Assembly (NCBI GenBank): GCA_965197745.1
Contig: CBDANS010000007.1
Location: 640,001 to 704,000, forward strand
Source: Opitutales bacterium
GTDB lineage: Bacteria; Verrucomicrobiota; Verrucomicrobiia; Opitutales; PNEW01
Reading direction: 5' to 3'
Length of the DNA stretch: 64,000 nucleotides
Shown here: piece after piece, positions 52,624 to 62,701 of the stretch
How the letters are laid out: each line of letters begins with the position of its first letter
How positions within the stretch are numbered: position 1 is the first letter of the stretch
Notes under the pieces: model-generated
Told to the model about the DNA's origin: nothing
The model's database searches: none
What the model saw: the letters and a program-made list of their open reading frames with translations, nothing else
Position numbers and translations under genes: made by a program

Positions 52624-52800
52624 AGCTTCGTCTTTGTCTGCCTCCTCGTCTTCGTCCCGGGAGGTTATTATCGAAACAATAAAACTGTATATTTTATAAA
52701 TAAATAATTCGATTACAAAAATGGTGGTTAAAGGCCAAAGAGGAGGCAGACGAAGACTAAGCTGTATTGAAAGATGCGTAATAATCTTCGTCTACGTTCC
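52624..52800. repeat. (TTCGTC)n-ended inverted-repeat element
   Basis: AGCTTCGTCTTTGTCTGCCTCCTCGTC (52624) is inverted to GAGGAGGCAGACGAAGACTAAGCT (~52740-52763); extra unit at ~52785-52800. Confidence 0.8.
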
Positions 52801-52914
52801 TATTGTCTATGTGCTTACGAATACCAGTATCCGCTCAGCTATTACCCACAACATTTTTACCTGTAAATTTTATTTTACTGGACAAATAGGATATACCAGT
52901 AAAAAAGTCTGCAC

Positions 52915-53730
52915 GTGACTGGAAAACAACTTGCTAAGGCATTGAGATCGGGCAAACGCGTATACGGTACGTTAATTGTTTCTCCATCGCCAAGGTGGGT
53001 GGACGCTATAAGTGGATTGGATTTGGATTTTGTCTTTATTGATACTGAGCATATTGCTATCGACCGAATTGAGCTTGCCTGGATGTGCCAGGCTTATCGC
53101 TCGTTAAATATAGCACCTATCGTTCGTATTCCCTCTCCCGATCCCTATTATGCGTCCATGGTTTTAGATGGAGGAGCAAATGGAGTAATTGCCCCTTATG
53201 TGGAAACTGTGGAACAGGTTCAAGCGCTGCGTGGCGCCGTTAAATTGCGGCCGGTTAAAGGGAAACGTTTGCAGGAGCGATTGAAAGACGGTAAAAAGTT
53301 TGAAAAGAGACTGGAAAACTATCTTGAAAGCGCCAATCGCGAAAATGTATTGGTCGTAAATATTGAGAGTGTGCCCGCGATGGAAAACCTTGATGAGATA
53401 CTTAAGGTTGAAGGACTGGATGCGGTTTTAATCGGGCCGCATGACCTTTCCTGTAGTTTAGGTATCCCAGAACAATACCACCTAAAAAAATTTGATCAGG
53501 CAGTGCGGACAATTATCACAAAAGCACGTAAAAACAATGTTGGTGCCGGTATTCATTTCTGGCACGATTTGAAATTAGAAATCTCCTGGTATAAAGCAGG
53601 AGCTAACTTTGTTGTTCACGGGGTCGATCTCCTCTCATTTTTGAAATTGACGGGGCAAGAGCTTACCCAAATTCGCAATGCGCTTCGGGATGGGGCAAAA
53701 TCCCGGAAAAAGCGCAATATAAATATTTAA
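52915..53730 (+). CDS. HpcH/HpaI aldolase family protein
   Basis: FVFIDTEH, PIVRIP, LDGGA.GVIAP, NIES, IGPHDLS. Confidence 0.9.
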   Translation: MTGKQLAKALRSGKRVYGTLIVSPSPRWVDAISGLDLDFVFIDTEHIAIDRIELAWMCQAYRSLNIAPIVRIPSPDPYYASMVLDGGANGVIAPYVETVEQVQALRGAVKLRPVKGKRLQERLKDGKKFEKRLENYLESANRENVLVVNIESVPAMENLDEILKVEGLDAVLIGPHDLSCSLGIPEQYHLKKFDQAVRTIITKARKNNVGAGIHFWHDLKLEISWYKAGANFVVHGVDLLSFLKLTGQELTQIRNALRDGAKSRKKRNINI

Positions 53731-53920
53731 AGGTTAATTTCTCATTACCTCTGATCCATTTTCCTTCTAAAAGGAGTGAACGGAGAAGGGTCAGTAGTTG
53801 AATTCTATATAATGCTTTTTGATTCGCTTTACATTAATTCCTGATTGACCATGGCACCTCTATGTCTTTTATTCTCTCGCTTTTCTTGTATAAATTAGGA
53901 AACCGCGTATCTCCATAAGT

Positions 53921-55237
53921 GTGAATATTAGTACCGAAGAAATAAACGATACCCGTAAGAAGCTTGTTGTTTCCGTTTCAGGGAAAGAAGTCGCTGCAGA
54001 GGAAAAGAAACTGCTCGGTGAGTTCTCGCGGAATGTAAAGATCCCGGGCTTTCGCCCCGGGAAGGCTCCTGCTTCACTTATCAGAAAACGATATGGGAAA
54101 GAATTAGAGAGTGAATTGAATCGAAAGGTGATTTCTGAGGCATACGAAAAATCAATAAAAGATTCTGATCTGGACATTTATAATGTCGTCAATGTTGACG
54201 ATAGTGAGTTTTCGTCAGGAAAGGACGGGAAAGTCGAAATTACGGTAGATATCACACCTTCATTTAACCTGCCGGAGTATAAAGGTATTCCTGCAGAAAT
54301 AACCGCTACTGAGGTTACCGAAGATGAAGTGAACAACGCTATCGAGGAGATTCAAAGACAGCGCTCAGAATTTCTTGTTGTCGAGCACGCAGTGGAAAAA
54401 GGCAATTTTGTTAAAGTCAGCTATGAGGGTAAGATTAAAAATAAGCCCATTGCCGACTTGTTAGCTGACCAGCCAATCTGGGGCAAGCAGGAGAATACCT
54501 GGGAGGAAGCGGGTACAGAAAATTCAATGGGGGTGAAAGCCGTGGTTGATGGGCTGGTGGGAATGAAAGTTGGCGAAAAGAAAGATGAAGAGATGAAATA
54601 CCCAAAGGATTTTTCCGTAGCTGAACTGGCGGGTAAGGCGGCGGTCTATTCGATGGAAGTTCACGAAGTGCGTGAACGTGTTATGCCCGAGTTAAACGAT
54701 GAGTTTTTAAAACAATTGCACGTTGAGAGTGTCGATCAATTGAAAAAACAATTGGAAGATGAAATTAAACGTCGAAAAGAGTATGAAAAAAACCAATCAC
54801 TCAGGCAGCAGATAACCGAGACCTTGGATAAACGCATTGAGTTTTCACTACCTGAAAGTGCTGTCGAGTTCGAAGCGCGTGGGATCTATAATGATATTAA
54901 AATGCAAAATAGGAATCAGGGAGTAGCGGATAGTGAATTTGAAAAACATGATGAAGAGATTCGTGAAAACGCGAAACGTGTAGCTGCCAGTCGTGTAAAA
55001 ATGCAGATAATCCTTGGTCGTATCGCCAAAGATGAAAAGATTGAAGTGAGTAATGAGGATTTCCAGAGCCACATTTTATCTGAGGCCATGCAGACTGGCA
55101 CCAAACCCGAACAGGTTTTGAAAGATATGCAAAAAAACAGGAGCCATATGTTTGCGATACAAAGATCAATCATTTTTAATAAAACCCTCGATTATTTAGT
55201 GAAAGAATCCGCGATTACTCAGAAAGACAGCGAGTAA
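53921..55237 (+). CDS. tig: Trigger factor
   Basis: IPGFRPGKAP signature; upstream of clpP-clpX. Confidence 0.95.
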   Translation: MNISTEEINDTRKKLVVSVSGKEVAAEEKKLLGEFSRNVKIPGFRPGKAPASLIRKRYGKELESELNRKVISEAYEKSIKDSDLDIYNVVNVDDSEFSSGKDGKVEITVDITPSFNLPEYKGIPAEITATEVTEDEVNNAIEEIQRQRSEFLVVEHAVEKGNFVKVSYEGKIKNKPIADLLADQPIWGKQENTWEEAGTENSMGVKAVVDGLVGMKVGEKKDEEMKYPKDFSVAELAGKAAVYSMEVHEVRERVMPELNDEFLKQLHVESVDQLKKQLEDEIKRRKEYEKNQSLRQQITETLDKRIEFSLPESAVEFEARGIYNDIKMQNRNQGVADSEFEKHDEEIRENAKRVAASRVKMQIILGRIAKDEKIEVSNEDFQSHILSEAMQTGTKPEQVLKDMQKNRSHMFAIQRSIIFNKTLDYLVKESAITQKDSE

Positions 55238-55405
55238 TCTGTCATCCAATCGGTTTCTTTATTCGATAACGTCTATTTGTTGGAACTTTATATCCAAGGC
55301 TGTTTCGATATAAATTTAGATATGAAGATTAGAGCGAAACCATTTAATTTCGCTTGATAAACACCTTTAACAAGAATATTTTATAATCCCAATAAAACAA
55401 AGGAA

Positions 55406-56032
55406 TTGTTCGTGAGTTATTATTTACCATTGCCACACATTGTTGAAAACGATGGCCGGACAGAGCGGCATTGGGATGTCTACAGTCGGCTTCTCAAGGA
55501 TCGTATTATTTTTATCGGAACCCCTATAGACGACTATGTGGCCAACGGAATTATTGCCCAGATGTTGGTTTTACAAGGTGAAGATCCTAAAAAAGAGATA
55601 CAATTGTATATCAATTCTCCCGGAGGAAACGTAACGGATGGAATGGCAATATATGACACCATGAATTTTCTGCAATGTGATGTGGTTACCTATTGTGTCG
55701 GGATGGCTGCCAGTATGGGGACCGTGCTACTTTCAGCGGGCACCCCGGGGAAACGCTATGCCCTCCCCAATAGCCGAGTCATGATACACCAGCCGACGGG
55801 AGGCGCCACCGGGCAAACTTCCGACATCTCCATTGCGGCCAGAGAAATCCTGCGTTGGAAAAATAAAATTAACGAAATTCTCTCGAAACACACTGGGAGA
55901 GATATCGAGCAGATCGAGAGTGACTCTGATCGCGATTACTATATGACTGCTCAGGAAGCGAAGGAATACGGTGTTGTTGATCAGGTTATAGAGTTTAAGA
56001 AGGATAAGGATAAGGAGAAAAAATCTGCCTGA
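55406..56032 (+). CDS. clpP: ATP-dependent Clp protease proteolytic subunit
   Basis: [31 protein letters not shown]. Confidence 0.97.
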   Translation: MFVSYYLPLPHIVENDGRTERHWDVYSRLLKDRIIFIGTPIDDYVANGIIAQMLVLQGEDPKKEIQLYINSPGGNVTDGMAIYDTMNFLQCDVVTYCVGMAASMGTVLLSAGTPGKRYALPNSRVMIHQPTGGATGQTSDISIAAREILRWKNKINEILSKHTGRDIEQIESDSDRDYYMTAQEAKEYGVVDQVIEFKKDKDKEKKSA

Positions 56033-56056
56033 TTCTTACTGCCATTTACCCCTATT

Positions 56057-57346
56057 ATGGCTAAAACGACAAAAATGACTTTCTGTTCGTTTTGTGGTAA
56101 GTCACAAAACGAAGTGCGAAAAATGATCGCGGGACCTGCAGGTGTCTATATCTGCGACTCCTGCGTTACCGTTTGCAAAACGATAATTGACCGGGAATTA
56201 AAGTCTCCCGGACAGGAATCAAAATTTTCCTTTAAGCTCGTCAAACCCACTGAAATTAAAGAGGCGCTGGACGAATTTGTCATCAGCCAGGACCATGCAA
56301 AAAAGGTATTGTCTGTGGCGGTCTACAATCATTACAAACGCCTTCAAGCTGAGTTAGAATCTAACAAAACTCAAATTGGCGAAAGTGCTGCGGAATTCAG
56401 TGGTGTCGAAATTGAGAAAAGTAATATTTTGCTCATTGGACCGACGGGCAGCGGAAAAACCTTACTGGCGAGAACATTGGCTGATCTCCTGGAGGTGCCT
56501 TTTTCCATTGTTGACGCCACCACTTTGACCGAGGCCGGCTACGTTGGGGAAGACGTGGAAAATATTGTATTACGTCTGCTCCAATCGGCTAACTACGATG
56601 TTAAAAAAGCGGAATGTGGCATTATCTATGTTGATGAAATCGATAAAATTGGTCGCAAGACCGATAACGTTTCGATTACGCGCGATGTGTCGGGTGAAGG
56701 AGTTCAACAGGCTTTGCTTAAGATTCTTGAAGGTACGGTTTGCAACGTGCCACCCCAGGGAGGGCGGAAGCATCCCAATCAGGAGTATATTCAAGTAGAT
56801 ACATCAAATATCCTCTTTGTATGTGGAGGTGCTTTTGTCGGCCTCGACAAAATTATACACAAGCGGGTAGGAAGTAAAAGCCTCGGATTCGATGTCCGGG
56901 ATAATTCCCATGAAGTGAAAAATGAGGATCTCATAAAAGAGATCGCACCTGAAGATTTAGTCAAATATGGTATGATCCCGGAATTCGTTGGGAGATTGCC
57001 CGTGGTTTCATCATTGGATGAACTGGATATTGACGATCTGGAAAAAATCCTGCTCGACACGAGAAACGCCCTCATCAAGCAATACCGAAAATTATTTTCA
57101 ATGGAAGGTGTTAGTCTGACTTTTACCAAGGATGCGGTGCGTGCGGTTGCGGAAAAAGCTATCGAGTTAAAAACCGGGGCACGGGCACTCAGGTCAATTC
57201 TGGAAAAAATTATGCTGGATATTATGTATCAACTGCCGCAAATGCCCGATATCGTGGAAGTTTCCATCAATCGCGCGGTAGTTGAAGGAAAAAAGAAAGC
57301 TAAATTCCGTAAAATTTCTAAAAAAGACCGTCAGTATGCGGCGTAG
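56057..57346 (+). CDS. clpX: ATP-dependent Clp protease ATP-binding subunit
   Basis: CSFCGK zinc finger, [26 protein letters not shown]. Confidence 0.97.
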   Translation: MAKTTKMTFCSFCGKSQNEVRKMIAGPAGVYICDSCVTVCKTIIDRELKSPGQESKFSFKLVKPTEIKEALDEFVISQDHAKKVLSVAVYNHYKRLQAELESNKTQIGESAAEFSGVEIEKSNILLIGPTGSGKTLLARTLADLLEVPFSIVDATTLTEAGYVGEDVENIVLRLLQSANYDVKKAECGIIYVDEIDKIGRKTDNVSITRDVSGEGVQQALLKILEGTVCNVPPQGGRKHPNQEYIQVDTSNILFVCGGAFVGLDKIIHKRVGSKSLGFDVRDNSHEVKNEDLIKEIAPEDLVKYGMIPEFVGRLPVVSSLDELDIDDLEKILLDTRNALIKQYRKLFSMEGVSLTFTKDAVRAVAEKAIELKTGARALRSILEKIMLDIMYQLPQMPDIVEVSINRAVVEGKKKAKFRKISKKDRQYAA

Positions 57347-57356
57347 GGGTCAACCC

Positions 57357-58427
57357 TTACCAGTGTCCGTACTGACCTTTTTTCAACGATTTAGCGAAGC
57401 TTACAAGCAGTTTGACCGTATTTTCAATATCTACAAGGTCAACCAGTTCACTCGGAGTATGCATGTAGCGTAGGGGGATAGAGATTAAACCTGTTGCCAC
57501 TCCCCCCCTTCCGATTTGAATCGCCCGGGCATCCGTGCCCGTAGGACGCGGATCCGCGTACAATTGATGGGGGATCTTATCTTTTTTCGCACAGTCGATC
57601 AGAATCTTATAAATTTTTGGATTAATATTCGCTCCGCGACTGATGATGGGGCCGGCCCCGAGTTTGGACTCACCAAATTTTCGATTATCACAATCGGGAT
57701 GATCGGTGGCATGGCCGACATCAATGGCAATGGCGAGATGAGGGTTAACAGCATAAGTAGCTGGAATGGCCCCTCGTGTCCCGATCTCTTCCTGGGCGGT
57801 GGTTACTGATACGACTTTAGGCGTTAAACGTTTTATTTTTGCTAATCGACGAAGCGTTTCGCTTACGACATAAGCTCCGGATTTATTATCAAAAGCGCGC
57901 GCCACGCCAATACTTCCGTTGATAAGATCAAAACTATGGTCATAGGTAGCAGCGTCTCCAATATTAACAAGTTTTAGTGCCTCTTTTTTGCTTTTTACGC
58001 CGATATCAATCCACATCTGCTCAATTTTAGGTACTTTATTCCGGTCTTCCTGGCCCATCAGGTGGACGGCTCTTTTGCCCGTTACTCCTTTGACTATACC
58101 CTTGGCGGTAAGAATATTTACGCGGCGTCCGGAAATTATAATTCTGTCATGACCACCGATAGTATCAAAATAAAGATAACCGTCATTATCGATGTAATTT
58201 ATGATAAACCCTAATTCATCCATATGGCCGGCAAACATGAGGACGGGATCACCTTTGGGATTGATCGTGGCAATCCTGTTGCCCATGGCATCTTTTCGGT
58301 ATTCCTGGGCAACCGGTTTGAGATAACGATCGATGACTCGCTGAGCTTCGTCCTCATAGCCCGATGGTGAGCGGGCGTTGAGTAATTCGACAAGAAATTT
58401 TGGAGGGGAAAATTGTTTAGTCGTCAT
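57357..58427 (-). CDS. M42 family metallopeptidase
   Basis: SPSGYE, GHMDELG, AFDNK, QEEIG, GTDA, RYMHTP. Confidence 0.92.
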   Translation of the reverse strand: MTTKQFSPPKFLVELLNARSPSGYEDEAQRVIDRYLKPVAQEYRKDAMGNRIATINPKGDPVLMFAGHMDELGFIINYIDNDGYLYFDTIGGHDRIIISGRRVNILTAKGIVKGVTGKRAVHLMGQEDRNKVPKIEQMWIDIGVKSKKEALKLVNIGDAATYDHSFDLINGSIGVARAFDNKSGAYVVSETLRRLAKIKRLTPKVVSVTTAQEEIGTRGAIPATYAVNPHLAIAIDVGHATDHPDCDNRKFGESKLGAGPIISRGANINPKIYKILIDCAKKDKIPHQLYADPRPTGTDARAIQIGRGGVATGLISIPLRYMHTPSELVDLVDIENTVKLLVSFAKSLKKGQYGHW

Positions 58428-58598
58428 TAATATTTATATAATTTAGATATCAGATATAGTATCGTCGAATGGAAGGGATCGATAATATGCAGAACTTTTT
58501 AATCAACGATGCAAGCTATTCCTTTTAAAATGGGCAAATGGTACGATCTTGGAAAATATTTTTGCATTAATAGTGTAACCGTTAATCATTATTAGACA

Positions 58599-59318
58599 GT
58601 GATTTTATATCCGGCCATAGATTTACGAAATGGAAATTGCGTGCAGTTAATCCAGGGAAAAACCGATCAGGAAATCGTTTACTTTGAAAATCCAGTCGAA
58701 CCCGCACAGCTTTGGCGCGATGCGGGGGCTCAATGGGTTCATATCGTTGATCTTGATGGCGCTTTTACCGGTGATCCGAAAAACTGGCAGGTAATTGAAA
58801 AGATTGCGGCCATCGATATGAAAGTGCAGATGGGAGGGGGGTTGCGCGATGTTAAAACCGTTGAAAAAGCTTTTGCCTTAGGCGTTTCACGCGTTGTCAT
58901 TGGCACGAAAGCATGTGAGGACGAAAATTTTATCAAGCAGTTAGTCGAAAAGTTTGGTCATAAAATTGCGGTTGGAATAGATGCGATTAACGGAAGAGTG
59001 GCGACACAAGGTTGGGTCAATACCACTGAATTGGATGCTCTAGATTTCGCGGGGACAATTTCTGATCTAGGCGTGCAGACAATTATTTATACTGATATAA
59101 GTCGCGACGGCATGTTAACCGGTCCGAATATTGATGGTCAGGAAAAAATACTTGCTGCGGTTAATGTCAATATTATCGCCTCCGGTGGCATCACCTCGTA
59201 TGAGGACATCGATCATTATATTAATTTGAAAGATCAATATCCGAGACTGGAGGGTATTATAATCGGCAAGGCGCTATACGAGAAGAAAATCGATCTTTCA
59301 GAAGCTTTAAGACGATAA
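58599..59318 (+). CDS. hisA: ProFAR isomerase
   Basis: PAIDL..G.CVQL, HIVDLDGA, QMGGGLR, YTDISRDGML, ASGG. Confidence 0.95.
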   Translation: MILYPAIDLRNGNCVQLIQGKTDQEIVYFENPVEPAQLWRDAGAQWVHIVDLDGAFTGDPKNWQVIEKIAAIDMKVQMGGGLRDVKTVEKAFALGVSRVVIGTKACEDENFIKQLVEKFGHKIAVGIDAINGRVATQGWVNTTELDALDFAGTISDLGVQTIIYTDISRDGMLTGPNIDGQEKILAAVNVNIIASGGITSYEDIDHYINLKDQYPRLEGIIIGKALYEKKIDLSEALRR

Positions 59319-59371
59319 AAATCGTGGGGCGCTATTCTTCGATTTCCAGCTGAAAATCTGATTCTTCATTT

Positions 59372-60787
59372 CTATTTTAACGCCTTTCGGGTATGCGGCC
59401 CTTTATTATTAAGCATTTCAGCAATATCTTCCAATGGGTAGGTCCAGATCTCTGAAAGGGTGGGGTGATACCAGTGTGCTTTCAGTAAATCATAAACCGT
59501 AGCTTCAAGGGCCACCGCTACGGATATTGCGTGAATCAGTTCACCGGCATCTTTTCCTACACACTCTGCACCTACAACACACCCGTCAGATTTTCGGGCC
59601 ATGATTTTTACAAAACCGTATTTAGCTTCCATGAGAATAGACTTTCCATGGTCATCAAAGGGAAAATCCGCGGTGACATATTCGACCCCTTTATCGTTGA
59701 GTTCATCTTCCGATAATCCGACGGTGGCGATTTGTGGATCGGTAAATATTATTTTTAACAGGTGATCATAATTTATTGGAATTGATTTCTGGCCCAGGGC
59801 ATGTTTAGCGGCGACTTCACCTTGTAAAATGGCTACGTGAACAATTTCATGGGGACCACAACAATCACCTGCACTGTAAATTCGTGTATTTGTTGTTTGT
59901 TGAAAAAGATTTGTTTTAATGTGTCCACTGGAGTGAAGTTCAACGCCTGCCTTTTCGAGATCGAGCTCTCCGGTATTCGGTCTGCGACCGAGACTGTTAA
60001 ACAAATGATCAGCTTCGCAATCGACCTCTGTGCCGTTATGATTAAAGGTAACTCGAATTTTATCGTTCTCTTTAGAAATATTTTCAATTTTGGTGCCGGT
60101 ATAAAGTTCTATTCCTTCGTCACGGAAAGCCTGTTCGATTACTTGTGCTCCCTTCTCTGAATTCTCTTTAAGGATTTGTCCGCTACGTTGTATCATTGTA
60201 ACTTTGCTCCCGACACGATTCAGATACTGGGTTAATTCACAGGCGACAACGCCACCGCCTAAAACAATTATCGATTCGGGAACGCTGTTAAGCTCAAGCA
60301 CATCGTCACTCGTAATAGAAGAAATGTTCTCTAGCCCCGGGACGGGAGGCACATTAATTGTCGATCCCGTAGCAATAAGGAATTTCTCGCTGCTAAGTTC
60401 ACTGCCGTCATCGAGTTTAACTGATTTTTCATCGATAAACCGCGCGTTACTGCGGTAAAGATCAAAGCGATCAGACTCCAGTTCTTTTACGCGGTAGTCC
60501 GCAAAATCACCGATAATGTTTTGTTTACGCGTTTGCAGAGAGGTGATATCAACTTTGGTCTCAGGGATATTAAGGCCAAATGTAGATCCGTGACGGGCGT
60601 GGTGGAGGACTTCAGCTGAATAGATCACCGTTTTGGATGGCATACAGCCGCGCAGAATGCAGAGACCGGCAAGCTTCTCCGCGCCGTCAACGATGGCTAC
60701 TTTTTCATGGGTTTCGCGGGCGGTTCGAGCTCCCGCGTAACCGCCGCTGCCACCACCAATAACAATAAAATCATAATGTTCGCGCAT
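59372..60787 (-). CDS. Pyridine nucleotide-disulfide oxidoreductase (dihydrolipoamide dehydrogenase/MerA-like)
   Basis: IGGGSGG, CILRGCMPSK, FTDPQ, HPTLSE. Confidence 0.88.
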   Translation of the reverse strand: MREHYDFIVIGGGSGGYAGARTARETHEKVAIVDGAEKLAGLCILRGCMPSKTVIYSAEVLHHARHGSTFGLNIPETKVDITSLQTRKQNIIGDFADYRVKELESDRFDLYRSNARFIDEKSVKLDDGSELSSEKFLIATGSTINVPPVPGLENISSITSDDVLELNSVPESIIVLGGGVVACELTQYLNRVGSKVTMIQRSGQILKENSEKGAQVIEQAFRDEGIELYTGTKIENISKENDKIRVTFNHNGTEVDCEADHLFNSLGRRPNTGELDLEKAGVELHSSGHIKTNLFQQTTNTRIYSAGDCCGPHEIVHVAILQGEVAAKHALGQKSIPINYDHLLKIIFTDPQIATVGLSEDELNDKGVEYVTADFPFDDHGKSILMEAKYGFVKIMARKSDGCVVGAECVGKDAGELIHAISVAVALEATVYDLLKAHWYHPTLSEIWTYPLEDIAEMLNNKGPHTRKALK

Positions 60788-60905
60788 CTTAAGACTTTCG
60801 ATAAGTTAATTTGCTTAATTTATAAAAATAGGGTGAATATCATCTTCATTATTAAGTATTACGTAATATTGATAGTGTAAAAAACATCCATCTTCTTTAC
60901 CCGCT

Positions 60906-62423
60906 ATGCAATGGAAAAAATACATTTGTCTGCCACTGATTGTCATTTTCTTTTTTCTCCCCCGGGGAGAAATTTATGCGGGGTTGATGGACATAGATCT
61001 CAATGATCCACCTCATGGGTTATTTATCGATGAATGGATGGAAGTATATCTCAGCGGTGCAAAAGTGGGGTATTCTCATTATTCTCTGATGCGCACAGGC
61101 GATTATATTCATTCCCAAATGCTAACGCGTATGCAATTCAAACGCGGCGCGGTTACCATGAATCTGAATACTGATATGAGTACCATTGAAACGATCAGTG
61201 GACAACCGCGCTCTTTTAAAATGAAAATGGCTATGGCGGGAATACCCATCGTCACTGAAGGTCAAATCGCCAACGGAAAAGTTTCGATTTCAACCCGACA
61301 ATTGGGGATGACAAGGCAAGAGGAATATGACTGGTCTCCCGGCGCTTTAATGAGTTGGGGACTAGGCAGAGAAACGATATTGCGTGGATTTGATCCCGAT
61401 ACGTCCTATACCCTGAAATTTTATAGCCCCGACGTCAGACTTGATAAGACCGTATCCAGCTTCATTGAAGTAGCGGGTAAAGAAATGGTTGTGCATCGCG
61501 GGGAATCACAAATGGCGAGTAAATTAGTCACCACCGTCAAACTCGATATGGGAGATATAACCACTTATACCTGGATTGATGCGAGCGGGAATACGATTAA
61601 ATCAGCCCTCCAGTTAGGGGGCATGCAAATGCTTATGTATAGCACGGACCAGGTTACCGCGTTAACTGATTTTGTGCCGGCCGATTTATTTTCCTTTTCC
61701 CTGCTGCCTTTGAATCAATCGATACCGGCTGATGCTCAAGCTGTAGTCTACCGCCTTTCCCTTGCAGGGGGAAATGACAGCCCGGAATTATTTTCTGGTT
61801 TTTCCTGCCAAAAAATCCTTTTGAATGATAATGGAGAGATACTCCTCTGTGTTGGTGATAATGACATGGATGCGCTCTCGATTGACCCCTCGGGCGCGAA
61901 TCAATCTGCTTACCTCGCTTCGAATTCATATATGAGCACGGAAGACGTGGAATTGAAAAGACTGGCAGATGAGATTATTAAAAAATCTACCCATAGGGAA
62001 GATCTCGCAAATCGATTGCGTCAGTTTGCCAGTAGTTATATTACAAATAAAACGCTTTCCGTGGGATTTGCCACCGCTAGCGAAGTGGCGCGCAATCCTA
62101 CCGGGGATTGCACAGAGCATGCAGTCTTTCTCGCCGCCCTGGGACGCATTTGCGACATTCCCTCACGTGTGGTATCGGGTCTTGTCTATATACCCGAATA
62201 TTTGGGTCACGAAAATGTTCTGGGTTACCATATGTGGACTCAGTTTTTCTTAAATAGCCAATGGATCGATCATGATGCAGCCTTAAAAACCAGTTCCTGT
62301 TCCCCCAAGCGCATAGCCGTGTTTGCCAGTTCTCTTGAGGACAACACTATGGCGGATTTCACTTTTGCCCTCATGGACTTGATCGGGCAGCTCAAGGTCG
62401 GTGTAGAAGCGATTATAGAGTAA
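60906..62423 (+). CDS. Exported transglutaminase-like protein
   Basis: Signal peptide; GDCTEHA, YHMW, WIDHDA catalytic triad pattern. Confidence 0.85.
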   Translation: MQWKKYICLPLIVIFFFLPRGEIYAGLMDIDLNDPPHGLFIDEWMEVYLSGAKVGYSHYSLMRTGDYIHSQMLTRMQFKRGAVTMNLNTDMSTIETISGQPRSFKMKMAMAGIPIVTEGQIANGKVSISTRQLGMTRQEEYDWSPGALMSWGLGRETILRGFDPDTSYTLKFYSPDVRLDKTVSSFIEVAGKEMVVHRGESQMASKLVTTVKLDMGDITTYTWIDASGNTIKSALQLGGMQMLMYSTDQVTALTDFVPADLFSFSLLPLNQSIPADAQAVVYRLSLAGGNDSPELFSGFSCQKILLNDNGEILLCVGDNDMDALSIDPSGANQSAYLASNSYMSTEDVELKRLADEIIKKSTHREDLANRLRQFASSYITNKTLSVGFATASEVARNPTGDCTEHAVFLAALGRICDIPSRVVSGLVYIPEYLGHENVLGYHMWTQFFLNSQWIDHDAALKTSSCSPKRIAVFASSLEDNTMADFTFALMDLIGQLKVGVEAIIE

Positions 62424-62701
62424 AGGGTCAAAGAGCAGAAAATCTAAGGATTTTCAGTGCGATGTTTTAAATAAGAGAATATATGAGAGCGAAAAATATT
62501 AGTACCAGCCATCCCGGTTTTTACAATTAGCATTTAAGTTATAGATAAATATCCTGACCCTCAATACTGCGACAGTTTCCTTACACTTTGAATCTAAAAC
62601 GAATAGCCTGATCCCTGATATTTCTCTTCCTCAAAATCGCAGGTAATGAATTGCCTATTGCAATTTTTATGAAGAAACATTAATGATGCGCGTTTTTTCT
62701 T

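Noticed and set aside
52721..52918. 65-aa ORF, and similarly 2872-3093 and 19380-19568
   Set aside because: They run through intergenic repeat elements and are likely spurious.
59372..60787. Mercuric reductase merA
   Set aside because: No C-terminal Cys-Cys pair and no mer operon context.
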